From Acidimicrobiia bacterium (GTDB taxonomy: Bacteria; Actinomycetota; Acidimicrobiia; Spongiisociales; ZC4RG35): a stretch of 64,000 nucleotides of DNA. The notes under the pieces were generated by a model. The model saw nothing but the letters and a program-made list of their open reading frames with translations. It did no database searches and was not told where the DNA came from. Made by a program: the position numbers and the translations under genes. The stretch lies in the NCBI GenBank assembly GCA_041747855.1, contig JBGTEJ010000048.1, positions 19,018 through 83,017 of the forward strand. The letters run 5' to 3'. The stretch's first letter is position 1. Each line of letters begins with the position of its first letter. Positions 27,861 through 36,540 of the stretch are shown here, one piece after another.

Positions 27861-29282
27861 TCAAATCCGGTACTGACTGGTCGAACGGTGCAGATACTCA
27901 CCGTCGCCGGCCTTCCCGTGATAGGTGTTGTCCGAGATGATCACCTTTCCCTTGGACATCACCGTGTCGACTTTGCCCTTGACCTCCCATCCCTCGTAAG
28001 CGGAGTAGTCGACCGCCATGTGGTGGGTATCGGCTGAGATGGTCCGGGTCGAATTCGGGTCCAGGATCACTATGTCGGCGTCTGACCCGACGGCGATGGT
28101 CCCCTTCTTCGGATACAGGCCGAACATCTTGGCGGGGGTTGTCGCCATGATCTCGACGAAGCGATTCAGACCGATCCGCCCCTCCGAGACACCAGCATTG
28201 AAGATCAGCTCCATCCGATCCTCGACCCCGGGCATCCCATTGGGGATCTTGGTGAAATCGCCCTGTCCGAGCTGCTTCTGAGTGCCGAACTGCGGATGGT
28301 CGCCCATACAGAACGGGCAGTGGTCGGTGGACACCACTTGCAGATCGTTGGTGCGCAGACCCTGCCAAAGACGATCTTGATGACCGGCAGCCTCGTCCCG
28401 GAGAGGCGGTGAGCACACGTACTTGGCGCCTTCGAAACCATCCCCCAGGTGATCGAGGTTCAGAAGGAGATACTGAGGGCAGGTTTCGGCGTATACGTTC
28501 AACCCCCGGTCACGGGCCTCGATCACCTCGTCGAGTGCCTCCTTGGCTGTCAGATGGACGATGTACAACTGGACCCCGGTGAGCTCGGCCAGCTTTATCG
28601 CCCGATGGGCAGCCTCCCCTTCGAGCAGGGACCTCCGGACGATCCCGTGGTAGATCGGGTCGGTCTCGCCCCGGTCGAGGGCTTGTTGAGCCAGGACGTC
28701 GATGGCGATCCCGTTCTCGGCGTGCATGCAGATTGTCGCACCGTCCTCAGCGGCCTTCTGCATCGCCCTGACAATCTGACCGTCATCGGAGTAGAACACA
28801 CCCGGGTAGGCCATGAACATCTTGAAGCTGGTGACCCCCTCCCTCACCAACTGTTCCATCTCCTTCAAGGTCTGGTCGTTGATGTCTCCCGTGATCATGT
28901 GAAAGCCGTAATCGATGGCGCAGTTGCCCCGGGCCTTCTCCATCCAGGTCTCCCATCCCTCCATCGCAGAATCCCCTTTTGCCTGCACCGCGAAGTCGAT
29001 GATGGTGGTGGTACCGCCGAAGGCCGCCGCCCTGGTGCCTGTCTCGAACGTGTCGGCGGCCGAGGTCCCGCCGAATGGGAGTTCCATGTGGGTATGGACA
29101 TCGATCCCTCCTGGTAAGACCAGTCTGCCCGCGGCGTCGATCACCTCGGCCTCGCCGACATCCAAAGATCCGGGGGCGAGCAGAGCCTCCACCTTGCCGG
29201 CGTTCACCAATACGTCGGCGGTCATCGTCTCGACGGCGGTCACGACAGTGCCGTTCTTGATCAGGGTTCTCGTCATTTCCAT
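27861..29282 (-). CDS. hydA: Dihydropyrimidinase / D-hydantoinase
   Basis: 473 aa: HTHMELPFGG, carboxylated-Lys region FKMFMAY, and VVSTDHCPF. Cyclic amidohydrolase family. Confidence 0.9.
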   Translation of the reverse strand: MEMTRTLIKNGTVVTAVETMTADVLVNAGKVEALLAPGSLDVGEAEVIDAAGRLVLPGGIDVHTHMELPFGGTSAADTFETGTRAAAFGGTTTIIDFAVQAKGDSAMEGWETWMEKARGNCAIDYGFHMITGDINDQTLKEMEQLVREGVTSFKMFMAYPGVFYSDDGQIVRAMQKAAEDGATICMHAENGIAIDVLAQQALDRGETDPIYHGIVRRSLLEGEAAHRAIKLAELTGVQLYIVHLTAKEALDEVIEARDRGLNVYAETCPQYLLLNLDHLGDGFEGAKYVCSPPLRDEAAGHQDRLWQGLRTNDLQVVSTDHCPFCMGDHPQFGTQKQLGQGDFTKIPNGMPGVEDRMELIFNAGVSEGRIGLNRFVEIMATTPAKMFGLYPKKGTIAVGSDADIVILDPNSTRTISADTHHMAVDYSAYEGWEVKGKVDTVMSKGKVIISDNTYHGKAGDGEYLHRSTSQYRI

Positions 29283-29286
29283 CTCC

Positions 29287-30582
29287 TCATCTGTCTCTGG
29301 CCCTGAGGATGGCGGTCCTCAAACGTTCCAATCCGTCGTCGGCTTCTTGTTCCGTCAGGTTCAAGGCCGGGGCGATTCTCAGCGAGTTGCCGTACAGACC
29401 CCCCTTCCCGACCAGGAGCCCTTCCACCCTCGCTTCTTCCATGGCCGCCGCCGTCAACTCTCGGTCAGGGGCAAGCGTTTCGGGATCGGCGAACTCAATC
29501 GCCAACATCAGACCTCTCCCTCTCACCTCGACGATCTCCGGGACTTCATCGGATATCTGGTCGAGTCCGTTCTTCAAGCGGTTGCCCACCTTCAGGGCGT
29601 TGGTCTGGAGATCATTGGCGAGGATGTACTCGAGGTTGGCCATCGCCCCGGCCGTCGCCAGCGGATTGCCACCGAAGGTGGATATCGAGTTCGCCTGGAG
29701 GGAGTCCATGAGCTCGGCGCGGGCCACCACTCCTCCCAGAGCAAGACCGTTCCCGATCCCCTTGGCAAAGGTGAGCATGTCGGGGACGATGCCGTGAGCC
29801 TGATATCCCCAGAAGTTCTCCCCGGTCCGTCCCCAACCGGTCTGTACCTCGTCAGAGATGAAAAGGATCTGGTTTCGGTCGAGGACTGTCTTCATGGCAC
29901 CCAGCAAACCGTCCGGAGGGGTGACGAAGCCGGCGACACCCTGAATCGGCTCGGCGATCATCGCGGCAACCCTGCCGGAGGTCGCCACTTCGAGCATGTT
30001 CTCGAGATCGGCGACACAGGCTGCGACGAACTCCTCTTCAGACAGATGCTTGAACGGGCCCCGCAGCCGGTTGCCCCCGTGGACATAGGTCACGTTGAAG
30101 GGGCTATTCGAAGTCGCCGACCATGAGCGTTGGCCGGTGACTGCGACCGTGGAATGAGACTTTCCGTGGTAGCTGCCACGGAAGGCGAGGACCTGATTCG
30201 AGCTGGTGTACTGGGTGGCAATCATCAGCGCAGCATCGTTGGCCTCGGTCCCGGAGTTGGTGAAAAACACCTTGGCGTCAGGAATGCCGCTGAGTTCGGC
30301 GATCTTCTCGGCCAACTCGATCTGTTGCTCGATCAGATAGAGGGTGGAGGTGTGCAGCATCCGATCGGCTTGTGCCTTGATGGCCTCGACCACCGCCGGT
30401 AGTCGATGGCCGGACATAGTGACCAGGATCCCACCGAAGAAGTCGAGGTAGGTGTTCCCCTCGGCATCGGTCACATGTCTGCCGTCACCATCGACCAGTG
30501 CGATGGGTTGGTCGTAATACAGGATCATCCAGTCGGGAAGAACTTTGCGATGACGGGCAAGGAGTTCTGCGTGCGTGGGCAT
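29287..30582 (-). CDS. Class III (omega-) aminotransferase, beta-alanine/omega-amino acid:pyruvate type
   Basis: PLP fold-type I motifs FISDEVQTGWGRTG and the FAKGIGNG Lys. The start is trimmed to the ATG at 30582 (MPTHAELLARH...). Confidence 0.85.
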   Translation of the reverse strand: MPTHAELLARHRKVLPDWMILYYDQPIALVDGDGRHVTDAEGNTYLDFFGGILVTMSGHRLPAVVEAIKAQADRMLHTSTLYLIEQQIELAEKIAELSGIPDAKVFFTNSGTEANDAALMIATQYTSSNQVLAFRGSYHGKSHSTVAVTGQRSWSATSNSPFNVTYVHGGNRLRGPFKHLSEEEFVAACVADLENMLEVATSGRVAAMIAEPIQGVAGFVTPPDGLLGAMKTVLDRNQILFISDEVQTGWGRTGENFWGYQAHGIVPDMLTFAKGIGNGLALGGVVARAELMDSLQANSISTFGGNPLATAGAMANLEYILANDLQTNALKVGNRLKNGLDQISDEVPEIVEVRGRGLMLAIEFADPETLAPDRELTAAAMEEARVEGLLVGKGGLYGNSLRIAPALNLTEQEADDGLERLRTAILRARDR

Positions 30583-30662
30583 ATGGGCGTGGTCTCCTCT
30601 CTGCCCCTGAGAGTAGTGGTCGGGGCGGTTCCTTGACGTGGCCACGGCTAACGTGGCAATCC

Positions 30663-31040
30663 GTGTTCAGGTCTCTGACGGCGCCGGTTCCGGTCCTCCG
30701 GTTGGAGGGCTTGGCCCTACTTGGGATCGGGATCTACGCCTTCACCCTCGCCGACGTCTCGTGGTGGTGGTTCGCCTTGTTCTTACTGGTTCCCGACGTC
30801 TCGATGATTGGTTATCTCCAAGATCCTGGGCTCGGTGCAACGATTTACAACATCGGCCATTCGATGCTCGGCCCGGTCCTGCTGTTCGCTTGGTCGTGGG
30901 CAGGGGGGCCCGACGTGGCGTTCGCCACCGGTGCCATCTGGCTATCCCACATCGGAATGGACCGGATGTTCGGCTACGGGTTGAAGTATGGCGACGACTT
31001 CACACACACCCACCTTGGGACCATCGGCCTCAGCGACTGA
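30663..31040 (+). CDS. DUF4260-family small membrane protein
   Basis: GTG start after the aminotransferase start region. Product VFRSLTAPVPVLRLEGLALLGIGIYAF...GYLQDP...IYNIGHSM...HIGMDRMFGYGLKY. Confidence 0.5.
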   Translation: MFRSLTAPVPVLRLEGLALLGIGIYAFTLADVSWWWFALFLLVPDVSMIGYLQDPGLGATIYNIGHSMLGPVLLFAWSWAGGPDVAFATGAIWLSHIGMDRMFGYGLKYGDDFTHTHLGTIGLSD

Positions 31041-31070
31041 TACGCCTACCTCCGGGAGTCCGGGTTGGCC

Positions 31071-31913
31071 TCATGGCTCGACCAGCGGACCGTATGCATC
31101 GGGCCGGCGGTCCCGATAGAACGCCCAGACCTTGCGGACCTCTTCGACCATATCCATCTCCAGGTCGCGGACCACCAGCTCCTCCTCGGTGTCGGAGGCA
31201 GGCTCCCCCACAAACTGGCCCCTTGGGTTCACGAAGTAGGAGGAGCCGTAGAAGTCGTTGTCACCGAACTCTTCCTTCCCTACACGGTTGATCGCCCCGA
31301 TGAAGTACTCGTTGGCAACCGCCGACGCCGGCTGCTCGAGCTTCCAGAGGTACATGGACAGACCCCGGCTGGTGGCCGACGGATTGAAAACGATCTTGGC
31401 CCCGGCGAGGCCCAGCGCCCTCCACCCCTCGGGGAAGTGCCGGTCGAAACAGATGTAGACCCCGATCCTCCCCACCGCGGTGTCGAACACGGGATAACCG
31501 GTGTTCCCGGGCCGGAAGTAGAACTTCTCCCAGAAACCGTTCACATGGGGTATGTGGGTTTTGCGGTACTTCCCGAGGTAGGTTCCGTCGGCGTCGATGA
31601 CTCCTGCGGTGTTGTAGAGGAAGCCGTCATCCTCCTTCTCATACATCGGCACCACCAGCACCATGCCGGTTTCTTTGGCCACCTGGACCATGCGACGCAT
31701 CGTCGGCCCATCGGGAATCGGCTCTGCAGTGTCCTTGTGGTCGTCTTCCTGCACCTGGCAGAAGTAGGGGGCGTTGAAGAGCTCCTGGAAGCACATAACC
31801 CGCGCTCCCTGTTCGGCCGCCTGATGGGCGTATCCGACGTTCTTCTCGACCATCGACTCCTTGTCGCCGGTCCAGGAGGTCTGTACCAACGCGGCGCGGA
31901 CAATGTTGTTCAT
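31071..31913 (-). CDS. Beta-ureidopropionase / N-carbamoyl-beta-amino-acid amidohydrolase (CN-hydrolase/nitrilase superfamily)
   Basis: 280 aa with the E-K-C triad context MCFQELF ... GVYICFDRHFPE. Confidence 0.8.
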   Translation of the reverse strand: MNNIVRAALVQTSWTGDKESMVEKNVGYAHQAAEQGARVMCFQELFNAPYFCQVQEDDHKDTAEPIPDGPTMRRMVQVAKETGMVLVVPMYEKEDDGFLYNTAGVIDADGTYLGKYRKTHIPHVNGFWEKFYFRPGNTGYPVFDTAVGRIGVYICFDRHFPEGWRALGLAGAKIVFNPSATSRGLSMYLWKLEQPASAVANEYFIGAINRVGKEEFGDNDFYGSSYFVNPRGQFVGEPASDTEEELVVRDLEMDMVEEVRKVWAFYRDRRPDAYGPLVEP

Positions 31914-31956
31914 GGTGTACTCCTCGTCCTGGTAGAAGGGAACCTACTAGACCTCT

Positions 31957-32253
31957 CTAGGTGAGGTTGTTGATGGCGGCTATCACGCCGATCACCATCA
32001 GCCAGCCGACAGCACCGAGAACCCAGGCCATGACGACCACCGGGTTGAGCAGACGGTCACTGGTGCGGTGGGAGGCCCTCAATGCGGCCACTCCGAGGAT
32101 CGCTCCAAGTACCGCTCCCACAGCTATCCCTATTGGGCTGTCATTGACCCGCGCTGCAAAGAACATCCCAGCGAATACACCCACCAACACCGGCAAGTAT
32201 CCCGACGATCAGGTCGTGAGCCATGAAGCGGTTCCGGGCGTGGGCAAATGACT
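31957..32253 (-). CDS. Small hypothetical membrane protein, possibly frameshifted
   Basis: The track ORF 31957..32196 (TTG start) encodes 2 TM helices. A 39-aa out-of-frame ORF with a GGAG SD begins at 32253 (MGESFAHARNRFMAHDLIVGIL...) and runs into it, so one product with a frameshift near 32196-32200 is possible. Confidence 0.3.
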
Positions 32254-32406
32254 CGCCCATCTGGGCCTAACTCCTTTTCTCAGTTGGACCTTGGACACGA
32301 CTCCGCAGCAATTGGTTTCAGTCCGTCCCATGGGCCGTGTGACTTATAGACACGGGGCTCTACGTGCGGCAGTCTCCCTACCGAGGGAACAAAGGGAGGT
32401 AACCGA

Positions 32407-32640
32407 ATGGGATGGAGTCGTAAGAAGCGGATGAAGCAGGAACGCTGTGAACACACACAGCGCATCTCGGTGACGGCCGCAGGGGTGGAGCGATTGGCAT
32501 GCGAGCAGTGCGGTCATGTGAGTTTCAGCTTCCAGGATGGTCTCGAGGGCCCGGTCCGACGTCATCGGGTCGCGCCTGGCAAAGAGGGGCTCTCAGCGGC
32601 ATCTGAACCGGGACTCGACAAGGCTGGTGCCCGCAACTGA
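32407..32640 (+). CDS. Small zinc-ribbon protein (77 aa)
   Basis: A very strong SD (GGGAGG) sits 7 nt upstream of the ATG. The product is MGWSRKKRMKQERCEHTQRISVTAAGVERLACEQCGHVSFSF... (CxH...CxxC). Confidence 0.45.
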   Translation: MGWSRKKRMKQERCEHTQRISVTAAGVERLACEQCGHVSFSFQDGLEGPVRRHRVAPGKEGLSAASEPGLDKAGARN

Positions 32641-32753
32641 AGATGGCAACTGGCCAGGGTCGAAAACCCTGGCCGGGTGAGCAGGTTCGAGATCGAGGTC
32701 CGTGGGGGGTTCACCTCGGACCGAAGAGTGAGGCTGGTGCTCAGGCACCGGCC

Positions 32754-32945
32754 TCACTTGTTTTCAGATCCCTTTTCGCCTTCGGACTCTGCGTTGCGCT
32801 GGGCCCAGGCACTCACCCACCAAAGCTCATCGTCCTTCTCCCCAGCACCCGGTATCGGTCTTCCCTGACCGGGGAGGTCATCGAACTCGCCTCGCTCCAT
32901 CGCCTCTCTGATGATTCGATCCGCCGCCGATTCGATGTCGGGCAT
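32754..32945 (-). CDS. DUF1992 (DnaJ-like J-domain-related) small protein
   Basis: Product IIREAMERGEFDDLPGQGRPIPGAGEKDDELWWVSAWAQRN, with the REAxERGEFDNLPGxGKPL signature of DUF1992. Confidence 0.5.
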   Translation of the reverse strand: MPDIESAADRIIREAMERGEFDDLPGQGRPIPGAGEKDDELWWVSAWAQRNAESEGEKGSENK

Positions 32946-32953
32946 GGCTGAGG

Positions 32954-33376
32954 TCAGCCGAGAGATGCGGAGAGTGATATGTCCACATTTCCGGCCAGGG
33001 CTTTCGAGACCGGGCAGTTGACCTTGGCCGTCTCCGCCAACTCGACAAACTGCTCTTCAGATATGCCGTCGACGACCCCCACAACCGACAGCTCCATGGT
33101 GGTGATACCGGTTCCGGGAACGAAGGTTGCGGTGGCTTCCACATCGAGACTCGTAGCGGGAGTTTGGTTCTTGGCCAGGATGTTGGAGAAAGCCATCGAG
33201 AAGCAGGATGCATGGGCACCAGCGATCAACTCCTCGGGGGTGGTGGTGGCCTCCTCACCTTCGGCACGAGCCTTCCAGTTCACCGGGAGTGGCCCGACGG
33301 CGCCACTTGCGAAACTGGTCACTCCGCTTCCACTGAACAGGTCGCCTTCCCAATGGGTCTGCGCGGTGCTCTTCAT
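32954..33376 (-). CDS. OsmC/Ohr family peroxiredoxin-like protein
   Basis: 140 aa: GAHASCFSMAF...AKVNCPVS (two conserved Cys). Confidence 0.8.
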   Translation of the reverse strand: MKSTAQTHWEGDLFSGSGVTSFASGAVGPLPVNWKARAEGEEATTTPEELIAGAHASCFSMAFSNILAKNQTPATSLDVEATATFVPGTGITTMELSVVGVVDGISEEQFVELAETAKVNCPVSKALAGNVDISLSASLG

Positions 33377-33435
33377 TGCTGCTCCGATCGTCTTGTTGAG
33401 CCACCGACCCTACCCGATTCAGGAGGTTTCGACGG

Positions 33436-33858
33436 TCAGTCTTCGACGGTGATGTTGCCCCTCATCTCGGCGTGGATACCGCAGAAGTACTCGAAGGTCC
33501 CGGCCCGCTCGAAGGTGTAGAAGAAGCTTTGGCCCGTGAGAGTCCCGCTGTTCCAACCACCTTCGGTCGAGGTCCAGGTGTGAGGGAGACTGTCATCATT
33601 GGTGACCAGAATCGTGTCCCCAACACCGACCGTGTCAGGCCCGGAGAACGCGAATCCCTCGATCCTGAGTTCATGGTCCGCGTCATCCGGAATCGTCGTG
33701 GTCGAACCTGCGACCGTCGACGAAGTGTCGGTGCTCCCGGTGGTGGTGATTGGTTGGCTGATCGTGGTGGTGGGCAGGCTGCTCGTCGTGGTCCCGGCCG
33801 TTCCACCACATCCAGTGACCAGTGCCAGAACACAGGCAATCACAATCGACCTACGCAT
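33436..33858 (-). CDS. Lipoprotein with cupredoxin (plastocyanin/pseudoazurin-like) domain
   Basis: Lipobox LVTGCGG, a Thr-rich linker, and copper-ligand context HTW...YFCGIHAEMRG. Confidence 0.6.
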   Translation of the reverse strand: MRRSIVIACVLALVTGCGGTAGTTTSSLPTTTISQPITTTGSTDTSSTVAGSTTTIPDDADHELRIEGFAFSGPDTVGVGDTILVTNDDSLPHTWTSTEGGWNSGTLTGQSFFYTFERAGTFEYFCGIHAEMRGNITVED

Positions 33859-33906
33859 CAGTTCTCCTCATCTCAGCTCTTCGAGCACAGTACGCAGGCA
33901 AGGACG

Positions 33907-35409
33907 CTATCGGTTCGCCGGGAACCCAAGATCGACACCTCGGTGGATCGGGTCAGCCCACCTCGAGATCACAACCTTCTGACGGGTGTAGAAGTGGACC
34001 CCTTCCGGGCCGTAGATTGCATGACTCCCGAAGATGGAGTCCTTCCAGCCACCGAATGAATAGAAGGCGAGGGGCACCGGAATCGGAACATTGATGCCCA
34101 CCATCCCGACCTGGATCTCGCTGGCGAACTTCCGAGCCGCACCGCCGTCGTTGGTGAAGACGGCAGTGCCATTTCCGTATCGGTTGGAGTTGATCAGCGC
34201 GATCGCCTGGTCGAAGTGCTCCATGCGCACCGTCGACAGGACCGGTCCGAAGATCTCGTCCTGGTAAATCGACATTTCGGGCGTCACCTGATCGAAAAGA
34301 GTCGGGCCGAGGAAGTAGCCATCCTCATGACCGTCGACTTTCAGGCTCCGCCCGTCGGCCAACAGGTGGGCACCCTGCTCGACACCAGACCCGATGTATC
34401 CACGCACCCTGTCGAGATGCTCCTTGGTGATCAGAGGACCCATGTCAACTCCGGGCCGGTCTCCAGGACCTACTTCGATCTTTTCCATTCGAGCCTGTAT
34501 TCCGTCCAGAAGACGATCGCCCGCCTCTCCGACGGTCACCAGCGCCGATATAGCCATGCACCGCTCCCCGGCCGACCCGAACCCGGCTGACACCGCCGCG
34601 TCGGCCGCCAGATCTATGTCGGCGTCCGGCAGAACGATCATGTGGTTCTTGGCCCCACCGAGAGCCTGCACACGTTTCCCGTGACTGGTACCGGTCTCGT
34701 ATATGTGCCGAGCGATCGGGGTCGACCCGACGAAAGAGATTGCAGCCACACCGGGGTGGGTGATCAAGGCTTCAACCGCCTCGCGATCTCCGTTGACGAC
34801 GTTGAACACTCCGCCGGGAAGTCCCGCCTCCGCCAGCATCTCGGCGGCCATAAGAGAGACGGAAGGATCTCTCTCCGAAGGCTTGAGAATGAAGGTGTTG
34901 CCGGTCGCGATGGCCAATGGGTACATCCACATAGGCACCATCGCCGGGAAGTTGAACGGAGTGATCCCCACCACCACACCAAGCGGCTGTCGCATGGTGT
35001 AGGTGTCGACACCCGTTGTGACCTGTTCTGAGAACTCTCCCTTCTGAAGATGGGCGATATTGCAGGCAAACTCGACGACTTCGAGACCCCTCTGGACTTC
35101 TCCGAGAGCGTCATCGAGGGTTTTTCCATGCTCCGCGGTCAGCTGCGCGGCTATGTCCCGACGACGGGCCGCGACTAGTTCCCGGTAGGCAAACATAATG
35201 TTCTGCCTCTGTGTGAGCGAGGTGACCCGCCAGGTTTCGAAGGCCCGGGCGGCGGTTCCGACTGCCAGGTCGACGTCCGCCGGGGTGGCTAGCGCTACCT
35301 CTCCGGTTTGCTCACCAGTGGCCGGGTTGAATACCGGCCCGTGGCGGGTGGATCCACCGGGTGTCGGAGCCCCGCCGATCCAGTGCTGAATCTGCTTCAT
35401 ACCATCCAA
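33907..35409 (-). CDS. mmsA: CoA-acylating methylmalonate/malonate-semialdehyde dehydrogenase
   Basis: 500 aa ALDH with ILKPSERDPS, catalytic Cys in GSAGERCMAIS, and EIFGPV. The start is 35409 or the ATG 9 nt downstream (MKQIQHWIGG). Confidence 0.9.
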   Translation of the reverse strand: MDGMKQIQHWIGGAPTPGGSTRHGPVFNPATGEQTGEVALATPADVDLAVGTAARAFETWRVTSLTQRQNIMFAYRELVAARRRDIAAQLTAEHGKTLDDALGEVQRGLEVVEFACNIAHLQKGEFSEQVTTGVDTYTMRQPLGVVVGITPFNFPAMVPMWMYPLAIATGNTFILKPSERDPSVSLMAAEMLAEAGLPGGVFNVVNGDREAVEALITHPGVAAISFVGSTPIARHIYETGTSHGKRVQALGGAKNHMIVLPDADIDLAADAAVSAGFGSAGERCMAISALVTVGEAGDRLLDGIQARMEKIEVGPGDRPGVDMGPLITKEHLDRVRGYIGSGVEQGAHLLADGRSLKVDGHEDGYFLGPTLFDQVTPEMSIYQDEIFGPVLSTVRMEHFDQAIALINSNRYGNGTAVFTNDGGAARKFASEIQVGMVGINVPIPVPLAFYSFGGWKDSIFGSHAIYGPEGVHFYTRQKVVISRWADPIHRGVDLGFPANR

Positions 35410-35424
35410 CGGTAGCCCGTCTCA

Positions 35425-35934
35425 TCAGCCGGGTCTGGTCGGTGGCGGTCGTTCGGGGATGGTGGTCGTTGTAGGTGGAAGGGTCGGTGGCGGCCGGGGC
35501 AATGTGGTTTCGGTTCGCCCGGGGACAGTGGTGCTGGTTGTGGGGCTTCGGTGACCCTCCCCATCCCTCTCCGGCTCCGTGGTCGTGGTGGGGTTCGGTC
35601 TCTGGTCGGTCGTGGGGATCGTCCCCGACGATCCGGACCCTTCATCGAGCTGACTATCGAAGCTGGCCGAGTCGAGTTCGGGAAGTCTGATGTTGACACG
35701 CTCCATGGCCTGGCGCACCGGATAGAGAAGATCTCCGGGAGCCGAACGCTCGGCGGCAAATGCGACAACCGGAAGCAGGAGGACGAGCGAGACGGCTACG
35801 GCCAGGATCCGTCCGGGTCGAGTCCGATGAGAGCGCGCCTCCCCCAGAACACGATCAATCGTGTCGAGATGACGCTCTCTGGTGGCGGCATCAACTTCGA
35901 TACGGGCCCGACCGAGGTGCTCACGCCATCTCAT
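35425..35934 (-). CDS. Putative anti-sigma factor (single TM, extracytoplasmic Pro/Thr-rich region)
   Basis: It overlaps the ECF sigma gene by ATGA. It has a cytoplasmic ~45 aa segment, a TM (ILAVAVSLVLLLPVVAFAA) and a PT-rich tail. No ZAS motif. Confidence 0.5.
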   Translation of the reverse strand: MRWREHLGRARIEVDAATRERHLDTIDRVLGEARSHRTRPGRILAVAVSLVLLLPVVAFAAERSAPGDLLYPVRQAMERVNIRLPELDSASFDSQLDEGSGSSGTIPTTDQRPNPTTTTEPERDGEGHRSPTTSTTVPGRTETTLPRPPPTLPPTTTTIPERPPPTRPG

Positions 35935-36527
35935 GAGTCATCCCCCAGGATCTCCCTCAGCCGGCTCTCGCCCCGTTCGACGAGGCTATAGGCGGCCCGT
36001 CGTGTCGTGCCCAGCACTGTCGCTATCTCTTCGCCGGTAAGGCCGACCACGTTGGCAAGCAGGACAGCCGCCCGTTGCCTACTGCCCAGCATCGACAAAG
36101 CGGTCTCGAGTTCTGGACCGAGTTGGTTCTGCAAGGGGTCGTCTTCTACCGAGATGTCGGGAACACTGTGGTGTGGCACTTCCCGGTTCCTCGACCGGCG
36201 ACGGTACTCGTCCAGACATCCGAATCGGACCGAGCGAAACAGCCAGGACCGCAGAGACCGGCCATCTCCCTTGAGTTTGGGCGCTGCCTTGACCAGTTCC
36301 ACGAACGTCTGCTGGACAATGTCCTCGGCAGTACGTCGGTCCCCCACCATCGCAAATGCGAACGAGGCGAGGTCATCGACGGTGGCGTGATAAACGGCCG
36401 CAAAGGCAGTGTTCGATCTGGCCCGAATACCGTCGATATGGACGTCGAGCGGATGCGGCGGGGTGTGGGTCACACTCGTGATCCACACCCCCGATGAGGC
36501 TGTCTGCGGGAGAGCGCTGACAGACAT
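35931..36527 (-). CDS. ECF (sigma-24-type) RNA polymerase sigma factor
   Basis: Region 2 reads AEDIVQQTFVELVKA, and region 4 reads LGSRQRAAVLLANVVGLTGEEIATVLGTTRRAAYSLVERG. Confidence 0.8.
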   Translation of the reverse strand: MSVSALPQTASSGVWITSVTHTPPHPLDVHIDGIRARSNTAFAAVYHATVDDLASFAFAMVGDRRTAEDIVQQTFVELVKAAPKLKGDGRSLRSWLFRSVRFGCLDEYRRRSRNREVPHHSVPDISVEDDPLQNQLGPELETALSMLGSRQRAAVLLANVVGLTGEEIATVLGTTRRAAYSLVERGESRLREILGDDS

Positions 36528-36540
36528 CCCATGCCGCCGG

